This document shows, piece after piece, positions 8,713 through 18,426 of a stretch of DNA of 64,000 nt. Every line of letters starts with the position of its first letter. The stretch's first letter is position 1. The DNA comes from an uncultured Planctomycetaceae bacterium (GTDB lineage Bacteria; Planctomycetota; Planctomycetia; Planctomycetales; Planctomycetaceae): assembly GCA_963815195.1 (NCBI GenBank), contig CAWFGE010000007.1, forward strand, positions 256,001 to 320,000. The letters run 5' to 3'. The notes beneath the pieces were generated by a model. It searched no databases. It had not been told where the DNA came from and saw only the letters and a program-made list of their open reading frames with translations. The translations under genes and the position numbers were made by a program.

Positions 8713-10545
8713 ATGCCGCGAACGATTCGCTATGGGATTTTGATGTGCGCCGTCTTCGGCGCGGCCGGGCTTCCGCGCACGGGTGGAGCGGAGATTCCAC
8801 CCGCCCCGCAACCGGCGGGCGAAAATCCTTCGGTCCAAAAGGAGGTTCCGCTCACGCCGTGCGCCGCCGGCGGGCCGCGGTATGCAGAGGCGTTTCGGGA
8901 ATTCCAAGCGGGAAACCGGCTCTCGGCGGCGGGCGATGCGGCGAGCGTCGATCGGTTTTTCTCCGCTGCGATTCAATCGTGGAAGGATGTGGAGGAAGGC
9001 CTGGCCGAACAGCCGCCGCGATTGCTTCTCGGTTCACTCAACTTGTACAACTCGGCGGTGTTGTCCACGGTGATTGCCGGGCATCGATTGGGGCGATTGG
9101 ATCCGGCGGCCGGCCTGAAGGTTGTCATCGACGGCCGCTGGCAAATCGTTCCCGTGAGAAGCGTGGGGCTGCCTTGGCGGCTCGATCAGATCGATTGCTT
9201 CCTGCCTCCCGCCACGTGTTATCAGGATCCCACATTCGCGTGCAGCGTGCGGTCCGGCGTGGGGGCTGCGATCCAGGGCGTCCACATCAACCGCCCCAAC
9301 GAGCCGGGCGAAGAATATTATCTCGATCGGCAACCTGTGACGATCACCGCGGTCCTCCGCGAAGTCCCCGCCGCCGGCTGGCGGTTGGAATTCCATAGCC
9401 CGATTTCCCACCGTTCGCTCGCGGTCGCGGGGCGGGAACTGGCGTTGTCGAGCAATATCGCGGCGTCCGTCCAATATGCCGTGCGGCAACTCGAAACCCA
9501 GGTCAATCCGTGGACGGCGTTTTTCGATCCCGAAGTCGCGGTCAATCACGAGGGCCTCTTGTTTTTCCAGCCCTATCAGCCCGGCAAAATCCCGATCGTG
9601 CTCGTGCACGGTTTGCTCTCGAACCCCGCCACGTGGGGGGCGATGATTAACGAACTGCTCAACACGCCCGAGCTCATGGCGAAATATCAAATCTGGGCCT
9701 ATCTCTATCCCACGAGCGTGCCGTTTTTGGAAACCGCGTCGGAGCTTCGCGAGGACCTGCGGAACACGTTGGCTTTTCTCGACCTGAACGGCGAGGACCC
9801 GGCCCTCGAACACATGATCCTCATCGGGCACAGCATGGGCGGCTTGCTATCCCGGCTGCAAGTCACCTGGAGCGGCAACTTTTTGTGGGATGAATTTTCC
9901 CGCGTGCCGTTCGGCCAAATTCAAGGCGATGCGGCGACGCGCCAGAAGCTCGCGGAGATGTATTTCTTCGGTCCGCAGCCGTTTGTAAAGCGGGTGGTGT
10001 TCATGGCCGTGCCTCATCGGGGCTCGATTTTGAGTTCGCGGGTGATCGGCTGTCTCGGACGGATCCTCGCGGGCCGGTTGCCCAGCTTGGAAGACATGTG
10101 GATCGAACTGAGACGGCTCAATCCCGAGGCATTCCCGAGGTGTTGGCGGATAGGGATGCCGAACAGCGTGGACCAGTTGGCCCCCAACAGCCCGGCCATC
10201 CGCGGACTCCAGAAACTTCCCTTTGCCCCGTGGGTGCATTTGCATTCGATCATCGGCACCGGCGGATGCTGCGGGCCCTGCTGTCCCGGCGACGGCGTCG
10301 TGTCCGTCCGGAGTGCCCGCATCGCCGGCGTGGACAGCGAATTCTTCGTCGATGCCCCGCACGCGGAGGTCAACGAAAACCCCCAAGCGATCCGCGAAGT
10401 CGAACGCATCCTCTGGGTGCATTGGGCCGCGTATGAGCAAGAGCTCCCCCCAATCGACCTTCCGTCGCCGGCACCGCTGAGATCTTCGATTCCCTCACAA
10501 ATCGTCCCGGCCCAGCGTGCCCTTGTGGAACGCCGAGGCAATTAA
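8713..10545 (+). CDS. Secreted alpha/beta hydrolase (esterase/lipase family)
   Basis: Signal peptide; PIVLVHGLLS, LIGHSMGGL nucleophile elbow, PHRGS, GDGVV and a catalytic His region. Overlaps the convergent gene by 51 bp. Confidence 0.8.
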   Translation: MPRTIRYGILMCAVFGAAGLPRTGGAEIPPAPQPAGENPSVQKEVPLTPCAAGGPRYAEAFREFQAGNRLSAAGDAASVDRFFSAAIQSWKDVEEGLAEQPPRLLLGSLNLYNSAVLSTVIAGHRLGRLDPAAGLKVVIDGRWQIVPVRSVGLPWRLDQIDCFLPPATCYQDPTFACSVRSGVGAAIQGVHINRPNEPGEEYYLDRQPVTITAVLREVPAAGWRLEFHSPISHRSLAVAGRELALSSNIAASVQYAVRQLETQVNPWTAFFDPEVAVNHEGLLFFQPYQPGKIPIVLVHGLLSNPATWGAMINELLNTPELMAKYQIWAYLYPTSVPFLETASELREDLRNTLAFLDLNGEDPALEHMILIGHSMGGLLSRLQVTWSGNFLWDEFSRVPFGQIQGDAATRQKLAEMYFFGPQPFVKRVVFMAVPHRGSILSSRVIGCLGRILAGRLPSLEDMWIELRRLNPEAFPRCWRIGMPNSVDQLAPNSPAIRGLQKLPFAPWVHLHSIIGTGGCCGPCCPGDGVVSVRSARIAGVDSEFFVDAPHAEVNENPQAIREVERILWVHWAAYEQELPPIDLPSPAPLRSSIPSQIVPAQRALVERRGN

Positions 10546-11214
10546 GGCTCCGTCGATCTCGTGCTCTTGGAATAATGCGAGGTCCGTTGCGCTGCGGATC
10601 CCGCCGCCGGTGAAAACCTGGACCTCCGGGAATTTCGTTTTGATCGCGCGGCACAAGGGCAGCGTGGAAACGCCCGCGGCTTCGCCGACTTGGGCCAGGT
10701 CCAACGCAATCAATGTTCCCGCGCCCGCCGCGATCGCTTCCCCGGCAATTGCCAAAGACGAACTCGACGGCCAGGCTTCGAGATCCCCCAACGGCGTCCC
10801 CGCTTTCAGATCCAGGCTGAACACGACCCGGTCCGCTCCGAACGATTGGACCAATTCCTCCAGCACCTGCGGGCCGGCGAGGGTTTCCAAACCCGCAACC
10901 GCGACGGTGCCCGGGATTTCCAACAGCCAATCTGCGTCGCCAGCCCCGCGAAAGCCTGCATCCACCCATAAGCCGGGAAACTCGCTCGCCAGTCGGCGGA
11001 CGACCGAACTCTGCGGCCGCCCGAAGCGGATCGCATCCAAATCCGCGACGTAAAACTGCGACAGCCCCAACCGCTCGCGAAAGGCCCTCGCAACGGCGAG
11101 CGGTTCGCAACTGGGGGTCAACACGCTTTCGATGGGACGGTATTCCTCCCGCCGGCCGCCCACGCCGCGGACGACGTTCCCCTCCATCAAATCCAACACC
11201 GGCAGGATTTTCAT
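10495..11214 (-). CDS. HisA/HisF-related TIM-barrel protein (archaeal-type family associated with H4MPT-linked C1 genes)
   Basis: ILPVLDL-G-VVRG-GG-R-Y-PI-S, YVADLDAI, WVDAG, FSLDLK, LDLA-VG and GGGIR motifs. Confidence 0.8.
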   Translation of the reverse strand: MKILPVLDLMEGNVVRGVGGRREEYRPIESVLTPSCEPLAVARAFRERLGLSQFYVADLDAIRFGRPQSSVVRRLASEFPGLWVDAGFRGAGDADWLLEIPGTVAVAGLETLAGPQVLEELVQSFGADRVVFSLDLKAGTPLGDLEAWPSSSSLAIAGEAIAAGAGTLIALDLAQVGEAAGVSTLPLCRAIKTKFPEVQVFTGGGIRSATDLALFQEHEIDGALIASAFHKGTLGRDDL

Positions 11215-11263
11215 GCTAACTCTGTCGCACCTTTCGAGCTATGATGGATGGTTGAGAATCATC

Positions 11264-11334
11264 GTGGCCCAGACATTCTTGTCTGTGCCGATTCGTTCTT
11301 CAATCCCGGCACAGGCAGGAATGGCTGTGCCGAC
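11264..11334. repeat. REP-like inverted repeat, family C (GTGGCxCAGACATTCxTGxCTGTGCC)
   Basis: Arm GTGGCCCAGACATTCTTGTCTGTGCC with inverse arm GGCACAGGCAGGAATGGCTGTGCC. Related copy at 47567-47636. Confidence 0.65.
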
Positions 11335-11368
11335 TTGGATTTCCAATCACAACTCCCCGCGTGCCGAC

Positions 11369-12370
11369 ATGGAACAGAATGATGAGAGGACAACGGAAAC
11401 CGCGTCCTCGCCTCCCGCACCCGAAACGCCCAAGCCGCTGTGGAAACGTGGCCTGAGGTTTGTGATCCTGCGGGGGGTGTTCTGGTACGCCGTGATCTGC
11501 CTGGTGATGATGTTTTTTCAGCGGAGCCTCATCTACCGCCCGGCCACGACCGAAGCCATCCCGCTGTCCGAAGCCCTTAGGCCGGCTGGGTCCGTGCAAG
11601 AAATCTCCTTCGAGACGGCCGACGGCTTGACGCTCCACGGCTGGCATTACCTGCGAAAGGGGCAGGCGTGCGAAACCCCCGAGGACTGCGAAAAAGTCTT
11701 GGACGCGGCGACGCCTGTGGTGTTGTTTTTTCACGGAAACGGCGGCGACCGGCGCGGGCGGGTGATGTATTATCAGATTCTCAGCCAGTCCGGGGCGGAT
11801 GTGTTTGCGATCGATTACCGTGGCTACGGCGAAAACCCCGGCAGCCCGTCGGAAGCCGGCCTCGCCGAAGACGCCCGCGGCCTCTGGAAATACGCCACCG
11901 AAACCCGCCGGGTCTCGCCGGGGCGGATCGTGCTTTTCGGCGAATCGCTGGGCGGGGGCGTCGCGGTGCGGTTGGCTCAGGAAGTCTGCCAGGCCGGGAC
12001 CCCGCCCGCAGGCCTGATCGTCCGTTCGAGTTTTTCTTCGCTGACCGAGACCGCCGGCTCGCGTTTTCCCTGGCTGCCGGTGCCGATCTTGTTGTGGGAC
12101 CGGTTTCCCTCGGCGGATTGCGTCGGCGATGTGACGTGTCCGATTCTGATGTTCCACGGCACCCGGGATCAGGTCGTGCCTTATGAACTGGGCCAGAAGC
12201 TCTTTGCCGCCGCTCCCGATCGTTCGCAGAACCATCACGCCAAGCAATTCGTGACGCTCGAAGGCGCGGGCCACAATGGGATTCTGTCTTCCCACGAGCC
12301 GGAGTTCGCCGAGGCCATCGGCAAGTTCCTGGCCCAACTCGCGGCCGACGGCGAAAAAGACCGCCATTGA
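11369..12370 (+). CDS. Alpha/beta hydrolase (Bem46/ABHD13-like, membrane-anchored)
   Basis: N-terminal TM with QRSLIY, then FFHGNGG, DYRGYG, GESLGG, HGTRD-VVP and GAGHN. Confidence 0.88.
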   Translation: MEQNDERTTETASSPPAPETPKPLWKRGLRFVILRGVFWYAVICLVMMFFQRSLIYRPATTEAIPLSEALRPAGSVQEISFETADGLTLHGWHYLRKGQACETPEDCEKVLDAATPVVLFFHGNGGDRRGRVMYYQILSQSGADVFAIDYRGYGENPGSPSEAGLAEDARGLWKYATETRRVSPGRIVLFGESLGGGVAVRLAQEVCQAGTPPAGLIVRSSFSSLTETAGSRFPWLPVPILLWDRFPSADCVGDVTCPILMFHGTRDQVVPYELGQKLFAAAPDRSQNHHAKQFVTLEGAGHNGILSSHEPEFAEAIGKFLAQLAADGEKDRH

Positions 12371-12435
12371 CATTCCGGCGCGGAAACGGAAAATTCCCTG
12401 AGTTTTCCCCCTTTCCCCGATCCCGATGAACCAAC

Positions 12436-13669
12436 ATGCGCAGCGAATCCGACGTTCCCTTTGAGGACAACCCGTTTCACATCCCCGTCGCCGACCGCGT
12501 GAAGCGGCTGCCGCCGTACCTGTTCGGCAAGATCAACAAGCTCAAATACCAGAAGCGCGTGGCGGGGGTGGATGTGATCGATCTGGGGATGGGAAACCCC
12601 ACCGACCCGCCGGACCCGCTGATTACGGAAAAACTCGCCGAGGCGTTGAACGATCCCCGCAACCACCGCTATTCCGTCTCGGACGGCCTCGCGAACCTCC
12701 GCCGGGAAGTGGCGGCCCGGTATTTCAAGCTGTACGGCGTGCGGCTGGAGCCTGCGAGCGAAATCATCGCCTGCATCGGCTCGAAGGAAGGTTTTAGCCA
12801 TTTGTGCCTGGCTCTGATGGGACCGGGGGACACCGCAATCGTGCCGGCCCCGTCGTTTCCGGTCCACGTTTATGCCGTGATGCTCGCGGCCGGGAATGTG
12901 ATCGCCCTCGACGTGCAAGAGCCGGACAAATTCCTCACGAACATCGCCTACACCTGCGAGCATCTGTTTCCGCGGCCGAAGCTGGTGGTCGTCAACTTCC
13001 CCCACAACCCGACCACGACGACCGTCGAGCAGGATTTTTACGTCGAACTCGTCCGGCTGGCGAAGAAGTACGAGTTCCTCGTCATCAGCGATTTCGCCTA
13101 TGCGGACATTTGCTTCGACGGCTACAAGGCCCCCAGTTTTCTGTCGGTGCCGGGGGCGCTCGACGTGGGCGTCGAGTTCACCACGATGAGCAAAGGCTAC
13201 AGCATGGCCGGCTGGCGGATCGGTTTCTGCTGCGGGCAATGCGGAGATGGTGCGGGCACTGGCCACGATCAAGGGGTATTACGATTACGGCATTTTCCAG
13301 CCGGTGCAGATCGCGGCGATCGTCGCCATGCGGCATTGCGGGGCGGCGGTGGAAAGCGTGGCCGCCGAGTACCAGCAGCGGCGGGACGTGCTCTGCGACG
13401 GCCTCAACCGCCTGGGCTGGGAAATCACGCCCCCGCGGGCGACGATGTTTGTGTGGGCGAAAATCCCCGAACCCTACGCCCAGATGGGATCGATCGACTT
13501 CGCGATGAAGCTGCTCGACGAAGGCGGCGTCGCCGTCAGCCCGGGGCGGGGCTTCGGCGAAGAAGGCGAAGGCTACCTGCGGCTGGCGGTCGTGGAAAAC
13601 AGCCAACGCCTGCGGCAAGCCGTCCGCCAAATCGGCCGCTGCCTGAAACCCGACGATGCTGAAGATTAA
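12436..13669 (+). CDS. PLP-dependent aminotransferase class I/II (AlaC/LL-DAP aminotransferase-like), one frameshift near 13236
   Basis: RLPPYLF, DLGMGNP, NFPHNPT, DFAY and [12 protein letters not shown] (PLP Lys). After an extra G in TGCGGGCAAT the gene continues in the 13247-13669 frame (GNAEMVRAL...[16 protein letters not shown]). Confidence 0.88.
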
Positions 13670-14161
13670 CCGAAAAAATGCAGCGGCGGCTCTCCGCCGA
13701 AACCGCTCGCTGAAAATCTTTTTTGCAAAATGCGAAGAATTGGCGAATCTTTTTCACTGCGCTCTTGGTTTGATAGGCATTAGAAGGGAACACACAAGAC
13801 CTTCACACAATCCTCGCCCTCGTGGAGCGAATTGGGAATCGAAAAGTTGTCGTTTGCCGGAGCCCGCTGAGAATTTCCCGCCTCGTCCCTCCCGCCGTTT
13901 GATGCCTGCCTGACTTCTCCCGTCTTGGACGTTACGAACCCGCCCGCGGCCTTCCCGATGAGCCTCATGGCCCCATCGTGAGGACGTTCTCCGTCGCCGC
14001 GCGCTGGGACGGTTCGGACGCTGCCTGAGGCGAAAAGCCTGAGCCGTCATTTTCCTCTTCCCCCGCTGCCCCTTTGACTTTGCGCTTTGTCCGTCGCCGG
14101 CTTTTGCCGCCGTCAGGAATTGCGCCCTCTGTAGACCCTTCTCTTTGGAGAAAACCAACCC

Positions 14162-15102
14162 ATGTCCCGACAGTTTAAGCGAACCGGTTTTACCCTCATC
14201 GAACTTTTGGTGGTGATTGCGATCATCGCCATTTTGATCGCGCTCCTCTTGCCCGCCGTCCAGCAGGCCCGCGAAGCCGCCCGCCGCAGCCAGTGCAAAA
14301 ACAACCTCAAGCAGATCGGCCTGGCGATGCACAACTACCACGAAATCTATCAGACGTTTCCTCCAGGGATCGTGAGTGTGACCAATGCCGCCGGCCCCTG
14401 CGTTTCCAACGGCAACAACACCTGGGGCTGGGGCACGTACCTCTTGCCGCAGATGGACCAGGCGCCGATGTTCCAGCAACTCGCCCCCAACGGCTGCCAA
14501 CTGCCGGCGGCCACCACGGTGTTCGCCTCCTCGAACAGGCGCTCTTGCAGACCCCGCTGCCGGCCTTCGTCTGCCCGTCGGACACAGGCGACCCGATCAA
14601 CCCCTACTACGGCAACTACACGAAGAGCAATTACGTCATCAGCGAAGACATCGGGAACGTGAATACCAGCGTCAAAGTCCGCGACATCACCGACGGCACG
14701 AGCAATACCCTGATGTTCGGCGAACGCGCGTTGAAAACGAACCCCCAAGGGAAGCGGCAAACCGGGGCCATCGTCTGGGGCCGGCACAGCAACTCGGACG
14801 CCGGGTTCAAATTCCGCGTGGCCTGGCCGATCAACACGCCGAACCCCACCACCTCCACGACCAGCCCCGGAACCGGTGACGGCGGTTGCGTCCGCCACGT
14901 CGTGTCCAGCGAACACGTCGGCGGGGCCCAATTCCTGATGTGCGACGGTTCGGTGCGGTTCGTCAGCGAGAACATCAGCCACAACCCGATTGCGGAAACC
15001 ACCACAACCTGCACCGCCACGACCACCGCCATGGCCGGCAACGGCTTCACCTACCAGAACCTCTACTTCCGCGCCGACGGCAATCCGGTGGGCGAGTTTT
15101 AG
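14162..15102 (+). CDS. DUF1559 prepilin-type N-methylation domain protein (H-X9-DG C-terminus), frameshift near 14530
   Basis: [44 protein letters not shown] second frame gives [14 protein letters not shown] and [16 protein letters not shown]. Confidence 0.9.
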
Positions 15103-15285
15103 GTTCCGTTCGCCCCCAAAGGAACAACAGGAGGATTTGGATTTCCTCTCCTCCTGCTTGAAACATGGGTTGGGGAAGCCGCCTGCGGTGAACTGGTTTT
15201 CGCGAGAGAATACACCACCAAAGGCGGCTCCCTTTCGCTGGCTTGGCTTTTATTTTTCCGAATTTCCAAAAAGGTGTTTCATTCC

Positions 15286-15714
15286 ATGAAGACATTGCTG
15301 CGAGCCGGTTGTCTTGCCGGTTTGTGTTTGCTGATTGCGGGCTGCGGCAACCAGCCCGCCTATGAAGGCCAGCCCCGCATGGCGGTGGGCGGACGGGTGA
15401 CGATCGACGGCCAGCCCGTGGACGGCGGCACGATTTCCTTCATTCCCCAATCCGCCGGAAGCCGCGTGACCGGCGGATCCATCGTGGGCGGCGCGTATTT
15501 CATCCCCGAAGAAAAAGGGGCGAACCAAGGCAGCTACCGCGTGGAAATCCACTGGCAAAAGCCCAACGGCAAGAAATTCCACGACCCCGACACCGGCGAA
15601 ATGAAAGACGCCGTCAAGGAAAGCATCCCCGCGCAATACAACACGAAAACGACGCTAAGCGCCAACATCTCGTCGCCGCAACCCAGCCTCGATTTTGACC
15701 TCAAATCGAAATAA
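15286..15714 (+). CDS. Lipoprotein partner of DUF1559 (carboxypeptidase-regulatory-like fold)
   Basis: Lipobox IAGC; V-GRVTIDGQPV-G-ISF-P, G-YRVEI, IPAQYN-KTTL and FDL motifs; directly downstream of DUF1559. Confidence 0.85.
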   Translation: MKTLLRAGCLAGLCLLIAGCGNQPAYEGQPRMAVGGRVTIDGQPVDGGTISFIPQSAGSRVTGGSIVGGAYFIPEEKGANQGSYRVEIHWQKPNGKKFHDPDTGEMKDAVKESIPAQYNTKTTLSANISSPQPSLDFDLKSK

Positions 15715-15735
15715 CGCGGAGCCAAAAGTCGAGTG

Positions 15736-15764
15736 GGAGAGCCGATCGGCAAGATCGGCTCTCC
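15736..15764 (+). terminator. Stem-loop after the DUF1559-lipoprotein pair (possible terminator)
   Basis: Perfect 12-bp stem GGAGAGCCGATC/GATCGGCTCTCC; no clear U-tract. Confidence 0.45.
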
Positions 15765-15876
15765 GCTCGTTCGCGCTCGCCGGGAAAATTTCGGGACCGG
15801 TTCTTGATTTCGCTGTGCCCCCGTCTATATTTCTGATTGAAGGCTATGACTTCCCGCATCCGTGGGTTGCAAATTG

Positions 15877-16221
15877 ATGTCCCGCCCGATTGCTATCGCC
15901 CTTTGCTCTCTGATCGGCCTCAACATTCTCGCGATCGTTGAATCGGCCGATCCGCCGCGGGCTTCTGTGGCCGGTCGGCCGGAACCATCTCAAAACGAGG
16001 CCAGGCTCGCGTCAGCCGTCAGCCCGTTGTTGCCGCCTCGCGAAACCGCGCTTCAACCGTCGGCCATCGACGTCTCCCTGGCCCGTCCGCATCTCATCGC
16101 CTGGGTTCCTGTGGACCTCGCGTTCCACGTGAGCCAGGAGATCCCCCGCCGCTGGCAGGGCTCCGCTCGCATCTCGCTGGCTCCCGCGTCCATGAGCCGC
16201 TCGCTCCCGCTTCAGCTTTAG
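15877..16221 (+). CDS. Hypothetical protein (possible signal peptide)
   Basis: ORF with hydrophobic N-terminus (MSRPIAIALCSLIGLNILAIV); no recognisable family. Confidence 0.35.
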   Translation: MSRPIAIALCSLIGLNILAIVESADPPRASVAGRPEPSQNEARLASAVSPLLPPRETALQPSAIDVSLARPHLIAWVPVDLAFHVSQEIPRRWQGSARISLAPASMSRSLPLQL

Positions 16222-16409
16222 GGTCCCGCTTTGAGGAAACGGCACCGATCGCACCGATTTTTGTGCGACCGCCGCGTCCTTCCGCTCTGATCCGCCGCTG
16301 GCCGCCGCCTTCGGGGAACGCTCTGCGCCGCCCGAATCAAAAGGCGACGGCGAATTCCCCCATTCCTTTCCGCTGTTGATCCCGGCCTTCTGAAGAGGAG
16401 TTTCCTTCC

Positions 16410-16961
16410 ATGCAATATAAAGCCGCTCCCCACAAATCCATTTCCGCTCCCCCGGTTTCCGCCCATGCCGTTTCGGAGCCGATGTCCCGCGATTCCCAGC
16501 CTACGACCGAACCGGCGAATTCCGAGGCGTATGCCAAGGTTCGCCGGCTGATCGAAGCGGGCCGTTTGGACGAAGCCGAGTCTCTGGCCCGGTCGCGGTA
16601 CGATGGCCCGATGAAGAACGCCCTCGGCGTGTGTTTGATGCGGGCCGGAAAAGCCGACGAAGCCGTTCGTGTGTATCGCCCGCTGGTGCTCGATCACACG
16701 GGGCTGTTCCTGCGGGGCCAAGTTCCCGCGGTTTACAAAACGAACTTCGCCTACGCCCTGATGCTCTCCGGCCGCATCAGCGGAGGATTAAACATCGCCA
16801 GAGAACTCGCCGCGGAGGATCATCCCAGCGTCCGGAAGCTGCAATCCGCCATTGAAGTGTGGAAAGCAAACCTGTCCCTCGTTCAAAAACTGGGATTGGC
16901 TTTGGGGCTGGAACCGAAACCGCCGCTGGCTCTCGACTTCCCTCCGGGGGATCTGATTTAA
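16410..16961 (+). CDS. Hypothetical TPR-like protein
   Basis: GAGGAG RBS; helical repeats (LIEAGRLDEA, NALGVCLMRAGKADEAVRVY). Confidence 0.65.
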   Translation: MQYKAAPHKSISAPPVSAHAVSEPMSRDSQPTTEPANSEAYAKVRRLIEAGRLDEAESLARSRYDGPMKNALGVCLMRAGKADEAVRVYRPLVLDHTGLFLRGQVPAVYKTNFAYALMLSGRISGGLNIARELAAEDHPSVRKLQSAIEVWKANLSLVQKLGLALGLEPKPPLALDFPPGDLI

Positions 16962-17115
16962 CGCCTTTCCAAATAGCCCGCACAGAGGCTGGATGATTTT
17001 TCAAATGCCTGGAAGTCGTGCCTCATGGAGGCGAAGGGAAACGTCCAGTCAACCGAGGACGATCGGGATCTGGGAAAGGCATCCGGCGGATTCCGAACGG
17101 GACGGCGAATTTGAG

Positions 17116-18081
17116 TCATCGTTCCAGCCGGCTGCGGCGGTCGCGCCAATCGATTTTGAGGTCTTGAACTTGCTTCTTCAAAAATCCCAGCGTCAAGGCG
17201 TCCGACTTGGGCACCCGGCCCAGCAAATCCGTCCCGCTGAGCGCTGTGGGATAGGAGTCTTTGAAGACCGTGCCGGTCTTCTCGATATTGATCTGCTTAT
17301 ACATGGTGCGGACATCGCGGGCGGAGCTGTCCTTTGTCCCGTTGATGAACAGAAACGAGACCGCGCCGGGGAACTTGGTTCGGAAGAACAGCAGCGGCTT
17401 CGCGGAACTGAGGCCGGGAACATTTTCCTTAGGCGACAAGAGCACGAGGCCGCGAACGGTTTGTCCGCGGGGCGTCATCGCCGCCAGCGCGGGGGCGTCC
17501 TGGTAAGGCTTCTTGGTCCAATCATTGGCGGCCCAGTTCAAGACGACGGGGACCATGTTCTCGGCGGCGACAATGGCCAACTTGGCCATGTTGAGCTTTT
17601 TCGCCTGATGCTCCTTGAACAGGAATCCCTGGATGACTTCGAGTTCGCTGATGTTGCTGGCCGATGCCATCGCTTTGTAATCGATGGCCGTGAGTTCCTT
17701 ATTCGGATCGTCCCGCTGGGGTTTGGCGTTGCCGTGCTTCCGCATATCGCAGGTGATGACGGCGAAGTTCTCCGCCTGCAGCCGCGCGGCCATGCCGTTT
17801 TTCTGCCACACCAATTGGTTCTCGTTCTCGCCGTGCAGCAAAATGACGACCGCGGCATCCTCGCCCGCGGGGGATTCGTAATAGGTGATCGGAATGTTCC
17901 AGCCGTCCGCCGTGCTCAACGTCTCCGTGCGGACGCTGGGGGCGGATTTTTTCGATGCTTGCGCAAAGGCCGATTCAAAGCCGGCGGACAGCACCGCGAA
18001 GGCGGCGGCGAGCCCCAACAGGCCCTTGGAAAACTTTTTGAAATGGGAAAATTGAATTGCCGGGATCCAATGGAATTGCAT
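17116..18081 (-). CDS. Secreted alpha/beta hydrolase-fold protein lacking a canonical nucleophile elbow
   Basis: Signal peptide, L-TADG, VILLHG, D-RKHG and LVLLSP. The elbow position reads IVAAENM. Confidence 0.75.
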   Translation of the reverse strand: MQFHWIPAIQFSHFKKFSKGLLGLAAAFAVLSAGFESAFAQASKKSAPSVRTETLSTADGWNIPITYYESPAGEDAAVVILLHGENENQLVWQKNGMAARLQAENFAVITCDMRKHGNAKPQRDDPNKELTAIDYKAMASASNISELEVIQGFLFKEHQAKKLNMAKLAIVAAENMVPVVLNWAANDWTKKPYQDAPALAAMTPRGQTVRGLVLLSPKENVPGLSSAKPLLFFRTKFPGAVSFLFINGTKDSSARDVRTMYKQINIEKTGTVFKDSYPTALSGTDLLGRVPKSDALTLGFLKKQVQDLKIDWRDRRSRLER

Positions 18082-18426
18082 TTGGCTTCACCTCTGTTTT
18101 TGAACGAAACGTCGGAAGATGCTTCAAATTCCAGTGTACGGTGATCGGGGAGTGGGGTCAATCGGCACGTCCGCGCTGCCGCGCAGCGGCCGGATCCGAA
18201 ACTCATAACCCGCTCAGCCCGGTGCTTGTGAAAATTCGGGATTCGCCGCTCGTGCGGGTTTTGCCGGGGATGCTGGTTCCAGGACGCGGCGCGCTGGCAT
18301 AATCCGCACCCGCCGGACCATCTTCGCCGCCCGGCGGCAATTCCGGTTTGAGATGTTCCCGAACGGAACGTACCATCGAGGAGACACGTTCCCCGTTTGA
18401 CGTTTCCTCTTCCGTGGAGCAGGGCG

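Noticed and set aside
13700..14150. Riboswitch or ncRNA in the long DUF1559 leader
   Set aside because: I could not recognise any known aptamer consensus; an Rfam search would be needed.
14162..15102. Programmed frameshift or phase variation in DUF1559
   Set aside because: There is no slippery or homopolymer tract at the break, and similar single-base breaks occur in unrelated housekeeping genes.
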